The notes: generated by a model from the sequence alone, not told the origin. Shown: positions 10,968 through 21,223, counted from the first letter of the stretch. The stretch is 64,000 bases of DNA from Gemmatimonadota bacterium (GCA_038153405.1 JAYOYH010000003.1:66460-130459); one strand, 5' to 3'. Numbers and translations are program-made.

Positions 10968-11321
10968 ATGCTCAGTCAGGAAGTCATCTCCGGCATCGTA
11001 ATCGTATTTGCCTTTGCCATGTGCATACGCACTATACTCTCGTACACGAACCAGGTGTCCGAACTGCGTCCCAAAATATCGGAAATCGACCGCAAGCTCA
11101 ATAGCCAGCGCAACGGCATGAAGAACTATCAGAGCAGGGTTGAAAAACTCAGCGAGACCGTCCGGCCGCTTAAAGAGCGCGAGGCGCTCATGCGCGCATA
11201 CTACGATCAGATGAAGAATACGGAGTTGGAGGGGGAGCGCAAAGAGATGGCCGACCAAGCCATGGAAGAAGACAAGCGAGATCGGCCCATTCAGCGAAAA
11301 AACCTAGGCGAAGAGATTTAA
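10968..11321 (+). CDS. Hypothetical protein, N-terminal TM + coiled coil
   Basis: Hydrophobic residues 7-24 then charged heptad-rich helix; fills the gap between two minus-strand genes. Confidence 0.65.
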   Translation: MLSQEVISGIVIVFAFAMCIRTILSYTNQVSELRPKISEIDRKLNSQRNGMKNYQSRVEKLSETVRPLKEREALMRAYYDQMKNTELEGERKEMADQAMEEDKRDRPIQRKNLGEEI

Positions 11322-11326
11322 CTCCC

Positions 11327-12163
11327 CTACAGGCGGTAAAAACCCTCGGCATTGGTGCACATTACGCGCTCTATTGCTCTATCATCAGCTCCCGCCAACG
11401 CTTCCACCACGACATCGACCCATTCGGCATACTGGACTCCCAACAGGCTTACCGGCCAGTCGCTCCCGAACATCAGGCGCTCCGCGCCGAACGCCGCCAT
11501 TGCCGCGTCGATATAAGGCGTTAGCTGGCCCCGTTCCCAGGTGCGGCGGTCAGCTTCTGTGACCATGCCCGAAATTTTGCAGTGGACATTGGGCAACGCA
11601 GCCAGTTCATTCAGCTGCCTTGCCCAGGGCTCCATGCTGCCCGAGCGGATAGCGGGTTTGGCCATGTGATCGAGGACAAAGGACATCTCTGGCACCTGGC
11701 CGACGAGCTCAATAACGGCCGGCAGTTGCGAATGATAAATGCATAGGTCAAATGAATACCCCCTTGCCGCCAATAGGCGCACGCCTTCGACAAAGACCGG
11801 GGCCGTGCAAAACGCTAGGTCTTCCCCCTGTATGAGCCGGCGAAAACCCTTTAGCTGAGGATGGGGTCCGAGCGCATCTAGATAGGATTCGAGTTCGGGC
11901 GATTCAACCGGTGCCCAAGCGACAACGGCTTCAATCGGCGTATCGCCCTCGGCCAGCGACAGCGCCCATCGCGCTTCCTGTAGGGCGAATTGACCATCGA
12001 CGGCGGCCTGCACGAAAACCGACTTGACTACCCCAGTGCCCCGTATAGATTCTTCGTAGTCGGACATGAGAAAGCTTCTATCGATATCGGGCTCGCCAGC
12101 CAGCCAGCGGTATGCAAAGCGGCTTTTGTCCCACAGATGGTGATGCGCATCGACGATCTGCAT
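11327..12163 (-). CDS. Amidohydrolase_2 family lactonase (L-fuconolactonase-like)
   Basis: DAHHHLW, LDHMAKP, CKISG, MFGSDWP; ATG 12163 behind AGGAG. Confidence 0.88.
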   Translation of the reverse strand: MQIVDAHHHLWDKSRFAYRWLAGEPDIDRSFLMSDYEESIRGTGVVKSVFVQAAVDGQFALQEARWALSLAEGDTPIEAVVAWAPVESPELESYLDALGPHPQLKGFRRLIQGEDLAFCTAPVFVEGVRLLAARGYSFDLCIYHSQLPAVIELVGQVPEMSFVLDHMAKPAIRSGSMEPWARQLNELAALPNVHCKISGMVTEADRRTWERGQLTPYIDAAMAAFGAERLMFGSDWPVSLLGVQYAEWVDVVVEALAGADDRAIERVMCTNAEGFYRL

Positions 12164-12202
12164 TGGCCTCAACTCCTGACGAAAAGCCCTGCATACAATC
12201 CC

Positions 12203-12616
12203 ATGAATACAAACGATTTACCGACGCTCAACGCCAGTCTCAACGCCCTTAGCACCGTACTCCTCGTGCTGGGCTACTGGTTTATTCGTCGCCGGCAACA
12301 AGAGCGGCACAAGGCCGCTATGCTGGGGGCACTTGCTTGCTCTACACTCTTTTTAACTTCGTACCTCATCTACCATATCCAAGTTGGATCAGTCCCCTAT
12401 CCCCACCACGACTGGACGCGCCCGCTGTACTTTGCCATCCTCATTCCGCACGTCATTCTGGCCGCGCTCAACGCCCCTCTTACCGTTGTCGTCGTGCTGC
12501 GCGCCTGGCGAGAAGACTTTTCCAAACACCGTCGCCTGGCCCGCTGGGTATGGCCCATCTGGCTTTTTGTCTCCGTCACTGGCGTAGTTATCTACGCCAT
12601 GCTCTATCGGCTCTAA
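12203..12616 (+). CDS. DUF420 family membrane protein (CtaM/YozB-like)
   Basis: LPTLNASLN, HKAAM, FLTSYLIYH, HRRLARW..PIWLFVSVTGV; start moved to ATG 12203. Confidence 0.88.
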   Translation: MNTNDLPTLNASLNALSTVLLVLGYWFIRRRQQERHKAAMLGALACSTLFLTSYLIYHIQVGSVPYPHHDWTRPLYFAILIPHVILAALNAPLTVVVVLRAWREDFSKHRRLARWVWPIWLFVSVTGVVIYAMLYRL

Positions 12617-12625
12617 TAGGCGGCG

Positions 12626-13390
12626 CTAAGCGTCGCCGCGCCAGCGCACGATCAGCGTCGAGAGCATCATCGTCAGCCCAGTCCATCCCAGCGTGACTCC
12701 CAGCGCCTGCACAAAGACCCCATTGCTCCACAGCGAACTGGGATCTGCATAAAAGGCCGTGCGCAGTACAACCATGGCGTAGGTAACGGGATTAAACCGC
12801 ATGACCCACTCCAGCCACTGGGACGCCCCTTCCAGCGGAAATAGCGCCCCCGACAGCAGCCATAGCGGGATGAAGACCACGCTCATCACCGCATGGTATC
12901 CCGCAACCGTATCCATGAACCAGGCGACGATGAATCCCAGACCCGTGAAGCCCAAACCAATGATCACACAGGCCGCTAAGACAGCGAAGAGATTGGCGAG
13001 CGATAGATCAATGCCGGCCAGCGGTGCAAAGGCCAAAAAAATCGACGCCTGCAGGAGGGCAATAGCCGTACCGCCGAAGATTTTACCAGCGACGATACTC
13101 AGGCGGGAGACGGGAGCAACCAGCACGCCCTGCAAAAAGCCGGCGGTCCGGTCTTCGATCAACGTGATGGTTGAAAAGATAGCGGCAAAGAGCAGGAGCA
13201 TCAGCACGATGCCCGGATAGAAAAACTCGCTGTAGTCGATGGAAGTGCCCTGCAGAGAGAAGCTATCGGAGAAGCCCGAACCCATAAACAACCAAAACAT
13301 CAGCGGCTGGGCCAAACTGCCAAATAGACGCGTGGGCTGGCGCAGAAAGCGCACGACTTCGCGGCGAGCCAACACCCACGTAGCCATCAA
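12626..13390 (-). CDS. ABC-2 type transporter permease
   Basis: EDRTAGFLQGVLVAPVSR, LSGALFP, NPVTY; overlaps ATPase stop. Confidence 0.9.
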   Translation of the reverse strand: MMATWVLARREVVRFLRQPTRLFGSLAQPLMFWLFMGSGFSDSFSLQGTSIDYSEFFYPGIVLMLLLFAAIFSTITLIEDRTAGFLQGVLVAPVSRLSIVAGKIFGGTAIALLQASIFLAFAPLAGIDLSLANLFAVLAACVIIGLGFTGLGFIVAWFMDTVAGYHAVMSVVFIPLWLLSGALFPLEGASQWLEWVMRFNPVTYAMVVLRTAFYADPSSLWSNGVFVQALGVTLGWTGLTMMLSTLIVRWRGDA

Positions 13391-14355
13391 GACGACGCTT
13401 CCTTGCCATTGTCCAAGCGCTCCCCGGTAAACTGTACGAATACATCATCGAGGGACGGATGGGCCAGCGATAAACGGCTAATTTGCTCGGAGAAGTGTTC
13501 TAAGATGCGATCGAGGCTAAAGGGCTCTTCAAGGGAGAAGCACAGCGCGCCGCCGACCTTTCTTCCCTCGATATGCAGCAGTTTTTCAATACCTTCTAAC
13601 AGCAGGTCGGGAACCGACGTCTCCAGCGTGAGCACTTGTTTGCCAATAGCTCGTTGCAGCTGAGCGGGAGGCGCACAGGCCAGCAGCGAACCCTGGTGCA
13701 TAATGCCGACCCTATCGCATAAGGCGGCCTCGTCGAGTAAGTGGGTCGTCACCACAACCGTCGTTCCCGCTCCCCGTAAATGGGCCACTTCGCTCCAGAA
13801 CTCCTGACGCGAAATCGGATCGAGGCCGGTAGTAGGTTCGTCGAGGACCAACACGCTGGGTTCGGGCAGGAGCGCCTTGGCCAACTCTACCCTACGAGCC
13901 AGTCCGCCCGATAGCGATTCTACCATATCCGCACGGCGGTCGGCCAGCTTTAACCCGTTGAGCAATTCGTCCATGCGTCGGCTTATATCGGCCCTGCGCA
14001 TGCCGTAGAGCTGGGCGGCAGCAACGAGGTTCTCCTCGACGCTCATCTTGCGATCAAGTGCGGGCTTTTGGAATACGACGCCCAGTTGGCGCCGCGCTCC
14101 CAGCGGATCGGTTGCCAAATCGCACCCGCCCACCGAAACCGAACCCCTATCCGGCTTGAGCGCCGTAATCAATACGCGCAGCAGCGTCGATTTCCCGCTC
14201 CCATTAGGCCCCAATAGGGCGACCATCTCACCCGGGTATATATCGAGATCTACATCGACCAGAGCCGGGCGCGGCGGCGACTTTGCCTTACCGGGATAGG
14301 TGTGTGATACGCCTGCAATATGAATTAATACTTGGGGGGTCACTGCACTTGCCAA
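13387..14355 (-). CDS. ABC transporter ATP-binding protein (DrrA/NodI-like)
   Basis: GPNGSGKST, LSGG, LDEPTTGLD, TTH. Confidence 0.93.
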   Translation of the reverse strand: MASAVTPQVLIHIAGVSHTYPGKAKSPPRPALVDVDLDIYPGEMVALLGPNGSGKSTLLRVLITALKPDRGSVSVGGCDLATDPLGARRQLGVVFQKPALDRKMSVEENLVAAAQLYGMRRADISRRMDELLNGLKLADRRADMVESLSGGLARRVELAKALLPEPSVLVLDEPTTGLDPISRQEFWSEVAHLRGAGTTVVVTTHLLDEAALCDRVGIMHQGSLLACAPPAQLQRAIGKQVLTLETSVPDLLLEGIEKLLHIEGRKVGGALCFSLEEPFSLDRILEHFSEQISRLSLAHPSLDDVFVQFTGERLDNGKEASS

Positions 14356-14441
14356 TTCGAGAGTTGCTCATGAGCGCAATGGGCAAAACTAAGGCAAATT
14401 TCAGTATCGTCAAGCGAAGCCCCCCGCGGGCCTACCCTCTT

Positions 14442-14864
14442 TTACCAGCGCGCTCGAGTTGCGCCGATGGCGTGCTTCGACTCATTTTCAACCACCTGTT
14501 TCCACGCTACATACAGCCCCACCATATGTTTGCGCGCCTCTGCAATGGCGTCGATGTCTATATGCGTATTGGCCCGTACGAGTAAGCGGTATACATACAC
14601 ATACAGTCGACGAAGATTAACGGCGAGCCCTTCATCTCCAGTGCGATCATCCAACACGTCCCCCAGGAGGAGAACGATATCCTGTGCTCGTATTAGCTGG
14701 TCTCCCTTCTCCACCATCTGACCGCTACCGATATGGTCTACGGCTCGATCCATACAGTCCAATGCCTTCTCATATAACCTGAGCAGGATCTGTGATTTTT
14801 CCTCCATTCCCCACGAAATGGGCCCTTGGCCCGCAGCGATTCCCTTGCACTCTTGTTTGACCAT
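14442..14864 (-). CDS. fliS: Flagellar export chaperone FliS (divergent N-terminus)
   Basis: ILLRLYEKA..RAQDIV..L...LD..LAVNLRRLYVY..L..AN...AWKQ; ATG 14864 behind GAGGGGAG. Confidence 0.85.
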   Translation of the reverse strand: MVKQECKGIAAGQGPISWGMEEKSQILLRLYEKALDCMDRAVDHIGSGQMVEKGDQLIRAQDIVLLLGDVLDDRTGDEGLAVNLRRLYVYVYRLLVRANTHIDIDAIAEARKHMVGLYVAWKQVVENESKHAIGATRARW

Positions 14865-14939
14865 CCTTGGTCTCCCCTCGATGTGGTAATGAAAAAACGC
14901 ATGTATCGCATTGATGCCACTTGATATCAAGTAATATTA

Positions 14940-14967
14940 ATATCGGCCCTTTTACCCGTATACTTTA
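14940..14967 (-). promoter_or_regulatory. Sigma28 (FliA/SigD) promoter of fliS
   Basis: Minus strand TAAA-N16-GCCGATAT, matching the SigD/FliA consensus. Confidence 0.8.
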
Positions 14968-15000
14968 GCGCTTTTTCGCCTGCGAGAAACGACTATCCAA

Positions 15001-15029
15001 TTGACACTTTTTTCGTTTTTCTCTACCTT
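15001..15029 (+). promoter_or_regulatory. Sigma70-type promoter of fliM
   Basis: TTGACA-N17-TACCTT about 50 nt before the ATG at 15081. Confidence 0.65.
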
Positions 15030-15080
15030 CGCAAGACCGCTTTACTCTAATTCTTACATGCCTTTATAGCGTAGCTTATC

Positions 15081-16070
15081 ATGGCTGACGAACTCACCGA
15101 CGACGAGCTCAACTCGCTGCTAAAAGCCGCCCGCAAATCCCCTCTCTCCGCTGCGGGTGAACCGGCATCTGCTCCCGTGCCAATGGCCTATGACTTCAAG
15201 CGGCCACAGCGGGTCAACAAAGACCACATGCGCTCGCTGGAAAACGTCCACGAACAGTGCGGCCGCCTTTTTTCCGCGACCCTATCTGCTTCAATGCGCA
15301 TGGTTATCGACGTCGACTTAGCCTTTATCGACCAAGCCATATACAGCGAATTCATCCTGTCGCTACCCACTCCGTGCGGAGGCTATACCTTTGCCGTCGA
15401 TCCACCGGGTAGCCAGGCTGTACTGTGCTTGGCCCCCGAATTGATCATGTCCATTATCGACCGCGCACTGGGCGGCAAAGGGCAGAGCCTAAGCGGCGAT
15501 ATGCGTCCTCTCACTCAAATAGAGCGCACCATCGTCAACAAGTTGATTAGCCGCTTACTAGCCGATTTTGAATCGGCTTGGGATGCCCACTTCCCGCTGC
15601 AGGTTTCGGACGTGGCCCTCGAGACCAATCCCGAGTTTATACGCATCGCCAACAGCGGCGATCCGGTCGTACTCGTGGCGTTTGAAGTGCATTCGAACCA
15701 CGCTAACGGCCTCATTCACCTGTGCTACCCGCTGGTTACACTAGACCCGATCATGGCCCATCTATCCCGCCGGTCGCATCCTGGCCCCAAGGAAGCCGAT
15801 CGCCAGCAGCGCGTGATCGACAACCGCACCCTTGGCAAGATGAGCGTATCGACCGTCGTGCAAATTGCCCGCGGCAGCCTGCCCTTAGCCGAGGTGGCCC
15901 AACTCAAAGCCGGCGACGTAATAAAACTCGATACGAAGCGCACGGAACCCGCCGTCGTATTCGTCGGCAATCAGCCTAAATTTTTTGCCCGGGCCGGCCT
16001 CGACGGACGGCGCCGGGCAGCGCAGATCCTCTCGACAATTTCAGCTAGCGAGGAAGAACTCTATCGCTAG
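15081..16070 (+). CDS. fliM: Flagellar motor switch protein FliM
   Basis: LTDDELNSLL CheY-binding-like N-terminus, YDFKRP, RPLTQIE, ETNPEF, C-terminal SpoA domain (LKAGDVIKLD). Confidence 0.92.
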   Translation: MADELTDDELNSLLKAARKSPLSAAGEPASAPVPMAYDFKRPQRVNKDHMRSLENVHEQCGRLFSATLSASMRMVIDVDLAFIDQAIYSEFILSLPTPCGGYTFAVDPPGSQAVLCLAPELIMSIIDRALGGKGQSLSGDMRPLTQIERTIVNKLISRLLADFESAWDAHFPLQVSDVALETNPEFIRIANSGDPVVLVAFEVHSNHANGLIHLCYPLVTLDPIMAHLSRRSHPGPKEADRQQRVIDNRTLGKMSVSTVVQIARGSLPLAEVAQLKAGDVIKLDTKRTEPAVVFVGNQPKFFARAGLDGRRRAAQILSTISASEEELYR

Positions 16071-16104
16071 CCAAGAGGCCGCACTGCCCACGAACGGATT
16101 GTCG

Positions 16105-16602
16105 ATGCCCAGCTTCAACCAACGTCTTTTTTCCGCCCGCTACTTCCTAAGCGCATGCTTTACCTGCGGGTTCGCCATCGCCCTGTGGGATCCATCTCCG
16201 CGCTTTGTTCTCACCGTGGCGCTCGGACTGACCGCCGGCGTGCTCTTTCTCGGCCCCTATGCCGCCGCCGCGCTCTATGCACTGCGCCTTGGACGTTTTT
16301 TTGGCGGACATCTACGCTGGCCCGTTTGCCTGCTGCTCACCCTGTCGGTCGTCGCGCTGCTCGACCACCTGCTCCACTGGTCCAAACCCCAGCTTTGGTT
16401 GGCTTCTACGACGGGCCTACTCGGCACGGCCATTGGCCACGATGCCACCCTGGCCGTGCTCCAGCTGCGCACGAACCCGCAGCTGGATCGCCTCATGGTC
16501 GCCTTTTTTCCCTTTTTCATCGGGTTGGCCGTGCTGGCCGGCTATAGCAGTCTGGGTTTTTTTTCCGGCCTCTACCAGCTAGCATCCGGACTGGTCAACT
16601 AG
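16105..16602 (+). CDS. Hypothetical integral membrane protein
   Basis: 4-5 hydrophobic segments; stop directly abuts the next ATG. Confidence 0.6.
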   Translation: MPSFNQRLFSARYFLSACFTCGFAIALWDPSPRFVLTVALGLTAGVLFLGPYAAAALYALRLGRFFGGHLRWPVCLLLTLSVVALLDHLLHWSKPQLWLASTTGLLGTAIGHDATLAVLQLRTNPQLDRLMVAFFPFFIGLAVLAGYSSLGFFSGLYQLASGLVN

Positions 16603-16603
16603 C

Positions 16604-17824
16604 ATGAGCCTTTCTCTATCCAAGAGTCTGGGCACCCACCTCGACCAACTTATCGTCGGTCCGCCCCAGTATGAGCGGCGCGGCAAGTTGGACAACATGA
16701 TTGTCTACTCGCTCTTCCCCTCCAGCCTCTCTCCCGACCCAACCGATATCATCACCCTGTCCGAAGCCCTGAGCCGCGGATTGACGCTGCAGGACACGGG
16801 CGTGATTAGCCGGATACACATCGACAATCCACTCCCCGCCGCCGTCTTAGCCGGTGAATCGGAGCTGTTGATGGGCGAGACGCAGCAGCGCTCCGTGCAG
16901 TATAGCTGCCTCATCCCCCCCCAGAGGAAAGCGTCTCTACCCGTCAACTGCGTTGAAGAAGGCCAGCCTACTATCGCCTATACCACGTTTACAGGAGCCG
17001 ACGCCTGTCCTTGGCCCGTGCGTTCTTTTAAGATCGAACAGTTGGCCCACAGCGGTGAACCCCAGCAATACTGGGTTTGGGATCAGGTAAAGACCTATCT
17101 CACCGAAGCGGGGGTCGATTCACTAACCCACGATATCCACGCTGTGTTGCAACAACACTCCTATAAATTGCAGGCCCTAAGCGGGGCCTTTCCCAAACAG
17201 GCAGGCCAAGTCGGAGCGATTTGCGCAGTAGGCCAGAACTTCTATTTGGAGCTCTTTAGCGATCCGGAACTCTTTGACGACCGCTACGATCAAATTTTGC
17301 GCAGCGCCATGGTCGAAGCGCTGGTGCGGCCATCCGATCAGTGCTTACCCCAGGAAGCAGTGCCCTCCTTTATGAGCCAGATCGTCCAAGCCAGCCTGCA
17401 CAGCCGCATGATGAGCAACCGTTCGCTCAAGGACTCCGGGCGGGCGCTGGCCTTTTCCCATCTGGGGATCAATGGACAGGTACTCATCGCCGACAACCGT
17501 TTGGTGCACCTCGTCGCCCATCAAAAATGTCTCGGGCGCAGCAAATCGCTGGCCTCCCTGCGCCCGGGCCTGGACGAGGCCCAGCAAACGTGGAACAGCC
17601 GTAGGCCGATATTCCTCGACGACGTAGAAGCGACCTACCATCGGCGCCGACAGCGCTATAACACCTTTAAGTCCAGGCTGCGCGAAGGGCCTCTCACGGC
17701 CGCGGCATCCCCATCCGCATACGCGGCCGATGCAGACGACGCGCTCGATGCAGCAACCCCTCCTCAGCCACTCAGCCCGGCTTTGCGCGACTTCTTTTTG
17801 CACCTTTTTAGCCGTGACGGCTAA
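16604..17824 (+). CDS. ARPP-1 / DUF6569-like domain protein (divergent)
   Basis: ITLSEAL, GESELLMGETQQR, LPVNCVEEG, Q..VW..V, QVGAI..V...LELF pattern. Confidence 0.65.
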   Translation: MSLSLSKSLGTHLDQLIVGPPQYERRGKLDNMIVYSLFPSSLSPDPTDIITLSEALSRGLTLQDTGVISRIHIDNPLPAAVLAGESELLMGETQQRSVQYSCLIPPQRKASLPVNCVEEGQPTIAYTTFTGADACPWPVRSFKIEQLAHSGEPQQYWVWDQVKTYLTEAGVDSLTHDIHAVLQQHSYKLQALSGAFPKQAGQVGAICAVGQNFYLELFSDPELFDDRYDQILRSAMVEALVRPSDQCLPQEAVPSFMSQIVQASLHSRMMSNRSLKDSGRALAFSHLGINGQVLIADNRLVHLVAHQKCLGRSKSLASLRPGLDEAQQTWNSRRPIFLDDVEATYHRRRQRYNTFKSRLREGPLTAAASPSAYAADADDALDAATPPQPLSPALRDFFLHLFSRDG

Positions 17825-17834
17825 ACGCCAACCT

Positions 17835-18836
17835 ATGCTGCGCATTGCCTCCTTATTGCTGGTTCTTTTTCTCGCTGTGACGGCCGCTGGCGCCGGCGCG
17901 CTCTGGTATTTTAGCCAACCTACACACCTCAGTCAGGCGCGCCAAATAACAATTGCTCCAGGCAGCAGCGCACGCGCGATTGGGTCCCATCTCGAGCAGT
18001 CCGGTATCGTGCGCAGCGGCCGCATCTTTGCCTGGACCGTGCGCCTACAGGGCCTGTCCGGACATCTTGAAGCGGGCACCTATTCCCTCGACGGCCGGTT
18101 CGATACGCCAAGCATTATTCAGCAGCTCCTCGAGGCTCCCGTGCAACTGCGCCGGGCAACCATACCCGAAGGCCTGACGCGCCAAGAAACGGCCGGCGTA
18201 CTCGCCCGACAGGGCATCGTCGACTCGCTGCGCTTTGTCGAGCTGAGCGGCGACGGAGAACTGGCAGCGCGCTTGGGCATTGAGGCGCCCACTCTGGAGG
18301 GCTACCTCTTTCCAGAAACTTATTTCTTTGCCATGGAAACGAGCGAAGAGGCCGTTATCGCACGCCTGGTCGAGCAATTCCACAGCGCTTTGGGCGATTC
18401 GCTCAGCACTCGACTCGAAACTATCGGCCTCGATCTACATGGAGCCGTAACGCTGGCCTCCATCGTAGAGGGCGAGGCGCAGGCAGCACACGAGCGTCCC
18501 ATCATTGCCGGCGTCTTTCTGCGACGCCTATCGCTCAATCGCCGCCTCGAATCGTGTGCAACGGTCGAATATGCCCTCGGCGTACACAAAAAGCGTCTGA
18601 CCAACGCCGATTTACGCGTAGAATCTCCCTTTAATACATACCGCCACCGCGGCTTACCACCAGGTCCCATAGGCAGTCCCGGCAAAGCAGCGCTTGTCGC
18701 TGCGCTCTACCCAGAGGAGACGGAATTCCTCTATTTCGTAGCGCGCGGAGATGGCACGCATATCTTTAGTCGCACAAACGAGGAACACGTGGCGGCTAAA
18801 CGGCAGATCAAACGCCTAGGTGGCGCTTTGCGCTAG
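17835..18836 (+). CDS. mltG: Endolytic transglycosylase MltG
   Basis: N-terminal TM, TIPEG, LEGYLFPETY, LASIVEGE, SPFNTY, GLPPGPI, YFVA. Confidence 0.93.
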   Translation: MLRIASLLLVLFLAVTAAGAGALWYFSQPTHLSQARQITIAPGSSARAIGSHLEQSGIVRSGRIFAWTVRLQGLSGHLEAGTYSLDGRFDTPSIIQQLLEAPVQLRRATIPEGLTRQETAGVLARQGIVDSLRFVELSGDGELAARLGIEAPTLEGYLFPETYFFAMETSEEAVIARLVEQFHSALGDSLSTRLETIGLDLHGAVTLASIVEGEAQAAHERPIIAGVFLRRLSLNRRLESCATVEYALGVHKKRLTNADLRVESPFNTYRHRGLPPGPIGSPGKAALVAALYPEETEFLYFVARGDGTHIFSRTNEEHVAAKRQIKRLGGALR

Positions 18837-18845
18837 AGGCTGCGC

Positions 18846-18875
18846 TTGACGGGGTTCGTTCCAGTCAGTTATATA
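18846..18875 (+). promoter_or_regulatory. Putative sigma70 promoter of pcrA
   Basis: TTGACG-N17/18-TTATATA upstream of ATG 18926. Confidence 0.45.
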
Positions 18876-18925
18876 ACCGTCCCCCCTCGCCACCGTTCAC
18901 ACCCCCAACAAAGCACAAACGATCT

Positions 18926-21223
18926 ATGTCTATTCTCGAGCAGCTCAACCCCGCCCAGCGCGAAGCGGCAGCCGCTACCGAAGGCCCGCTTCTCGTCCTG
19001 GCCGGGGCCGGTTCTGGCAAGACGCGGGTACTGACCTATCGCATTGCCTACCTCATAGAAGAAATGGGCGTGGCACCGTGGAATATTCTCGCCGTCACCT
19101 TCACCAACAAAGCGGCCGGGGAAATGCGCGAGCGCGTCGAAAAGTTGGTCGGCGAAAAGGCCAGTGATATTTGGATTGGCACCTTCCATTCGATCTGCGC
19201 GCGTCTGCTGCGCTACGAAGCCGACGCTTTTGGCCTCGATCGCAGCTTTAGCATTTACGACGAGGACGATCGCCGCGCAGCCATTCGCCGCGTATTTGAA
19301 ACGCTCAATATCAACGATAAAGACCTGACGCCGCGCTCTGTTATCGCCCAAATTAGCCGTGCCAAAAACGACCTCATCGATCCGATGACCTTTGCCCGCG
19401 AAGCCGGCGAGGCACCCAACAAAAAACTCATTGGCGAACTCTACGCGGCCTACGAAGCCGACCTGCGCCGCAACAACGCCTTCGACTTTGACGACCTGCT
19501 CGTCGAAACGGTGCGCCAATTCGATAACCACCCTGCCGTGCTGCAAAAGTACCAGCAGCGCTTTTACTATGCCCATGTCGACGAATACCAGGACACCAAC
19601 CGGCCGCAGTATATGCTCTGCCGCCAGCTGGCCGCCCATCACCGCAACCTCTGCGTCGTCGGCGACGATGACCAGTCGATCTACCAGTTTCGCGGTGCCG
19701 ACCTGCGCAATATCCTCGACTTTGAGCGCGATTATCCCGATGCGCACACCGTGCGACTCGAGCAGAATTACCGTTCGACCAAGCGCATTTTAGAAGCGGC
19801 CAATCAGGTTATTTCCAACAACAAGGACCGCAAGGGCAAGCAGCTGTGGACCGATGGCCACGACGGTGAGCTGATCGAATTGGTCCAATGCGACACCGAC
19901 CGGCGCGAGGCGCGTTTTGTCGTCGAAGCGCTGCGCCGCCAGTTGGGCTCCGGCGGATACACCCCCGGCGATGCCGCCGTTCTCTACCGCACCAACGCCC
20001 AGTCGCGCGCGCTCGAGGAGGAGCTGCAGCGCTCGGGACTGCGCTATGCCATTGTCGGCAGCATTCGCTTTTACGAGCGCCGAGAAATAAAGGATATTCT
20101 AACCTATTTGCGCCTGCTGGCCAATCCGGCCGACGACGTCGGCCTGCGCCGCATTATTAACATGCCGCGCCGCGGCATTGGCGACACCTCGCTAGACTAT
20201 CTGCAGCGACACGCCCTCAACCACGGCCTCAACCTCTTTGCCAGCATGGACCAGCTCGATGCCGTCGATGGGCTCAATGCGCGTGCCAAAAAGCAAATCG
20301 CCAACTTCAAAGCCATAATGGACGGACTAGCGGCGGCCCGAGCGACGGCCAGCCTTGCCGAATTGGGCCAGCGCATCTTCGAAGAGAGCGGCTATTTGCA
20401 GATGCTGCGCGAGGAAAATACGCTCGAATCGCAAACGCGCGAGGAAAACGTCGGCCAGCTCATTGCGTTTATGACGGAGTTTGAAGAAACGCATGAAGAA
20501 GCCACGCTCGACCGCTTTTTGGAAGAAATAGCCCTCATGTCCCCCATGGACGAGGGCGACGGCAGCGGCGATGCCATAACCCTAATGACGTTACACAGCG
20601 CAAAGGGGCTGGAATACCCCATTGTATTCATGTGCGGCATGGAGGAAAATCTATTTCCCACGGCGCGCGCCGTAGAGGAGAGCCGGACCAATCCACAGGC
20701 CATTGAAGAAGAGCGCCGGCTGTGCTACGTCGGCATCACGCGGGCGCGCGAACACCTCTACATGACCTACGCCAATCGCCGCTATGCCTACGGCAACCTA
20801 ATCGACTGCGATCCGTCGCGCTTCCTGCAGGAAATCCCCGACGCACTCTACTCGGTCAAACGCGAGGTGGTCGAATTCAACCCGCGCATGCGCCAGCCCG
20901 GACAGGCCCGCTCGGGCCCCTCTACCGCTCGCACAGCGGATCGCTCAGGGCCGGCCGTGCGCAAGAAAGTCACCCCACCGGCCAAACCCAAAGGCGTGCA
21001 CTACGAGTGGGACGAGGGGGTGCAAGCCGCTGCAGATGGCTTTGCCCATCTCGTCGACCAGGACGACTTCCTCGCCGTGGGGCAGTGGGTGCGCCACGCC
21101 TCCTGGGGGCGCGGGCAAATCGTCGCGCGGGACGGACACGGAGAACAGATGAAGCTATCCATTCGCTTTGGCCCCCACGTCAAAAAAGTGGCTGTGGCCT
21201 ATGCTCAATTGGAGCCAGCCTAA
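18926..21223 (+). CDS. pcrA: ATP-dependent DNA helicase PcrA/UvrD
   Basis: AGAGSGKT, VDEYQDTN, GDDDQSIY, LEQNYRST, TLHSAKGLE, YVGITRA, C-terminal Tudor-like domain. Confidence 0.95.
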   Translation: MSILEQLNPAQREAAAATEGPLLVLAGAGSGKTRVLTYRIAYLIEEMGVAPWNILAVTFTNKAAGEMRERVEKLVGEKASDIWIGTFHSICARLLRYEADAFGLDRSFSIYDEDDRRAAIRRVFETLNINDKDLTPRSVIAQISRAKNDLIDPMTFAREAGEAPNKKLIGELYAAYEADLRRNNAFDFDDLLVETVRQFDNHPAVLQKYQQRFYYAHVDEYQDTNRPQYMLCRQLAAHHRNLCVVGDDDQSIYQFRGADLRNILDFERDYPDAHTVRLEQNYRSTKRILEAANQVISNNKDRKGKQLWTDGHDGELIELVQCDTDRREARFVVEALRRQLGSGGYTPGDAAVLYRTNAQSRALEEELQRSGLRYAIVGSIRFYERREIKDILTYLRLLANPADDVGLRRIINMPRRGIGDTSLDYLQRHALNHGLNLFASMDQLDAVDGLNARAKKQIANFKAIMDGLAAARATASLAELGQRIFEESGYLQMLREENTLESQTREENVGQLIAFMTEFEETHEEATLDRFLEEIALMSPMDEGDGSGDAITLMTLHSAKGLEYPIVFMCGMEENLFPTARAVEESRTNPQAIEEERRLCYVGITRAREHLYMTYANRRYAYGNLIDCDPSRFLQEIPDALYSVKREVVEFNPRMRQPGQARSGPSTARTADRSGPAVRKKVTPPAKPKGVHYEWDEGVQAAADGFAHLVDQDDFLAVGQWVRHASWGRGQIVARDGHGEQMKLSIRFGPHVKKVAVAYAQLEPA

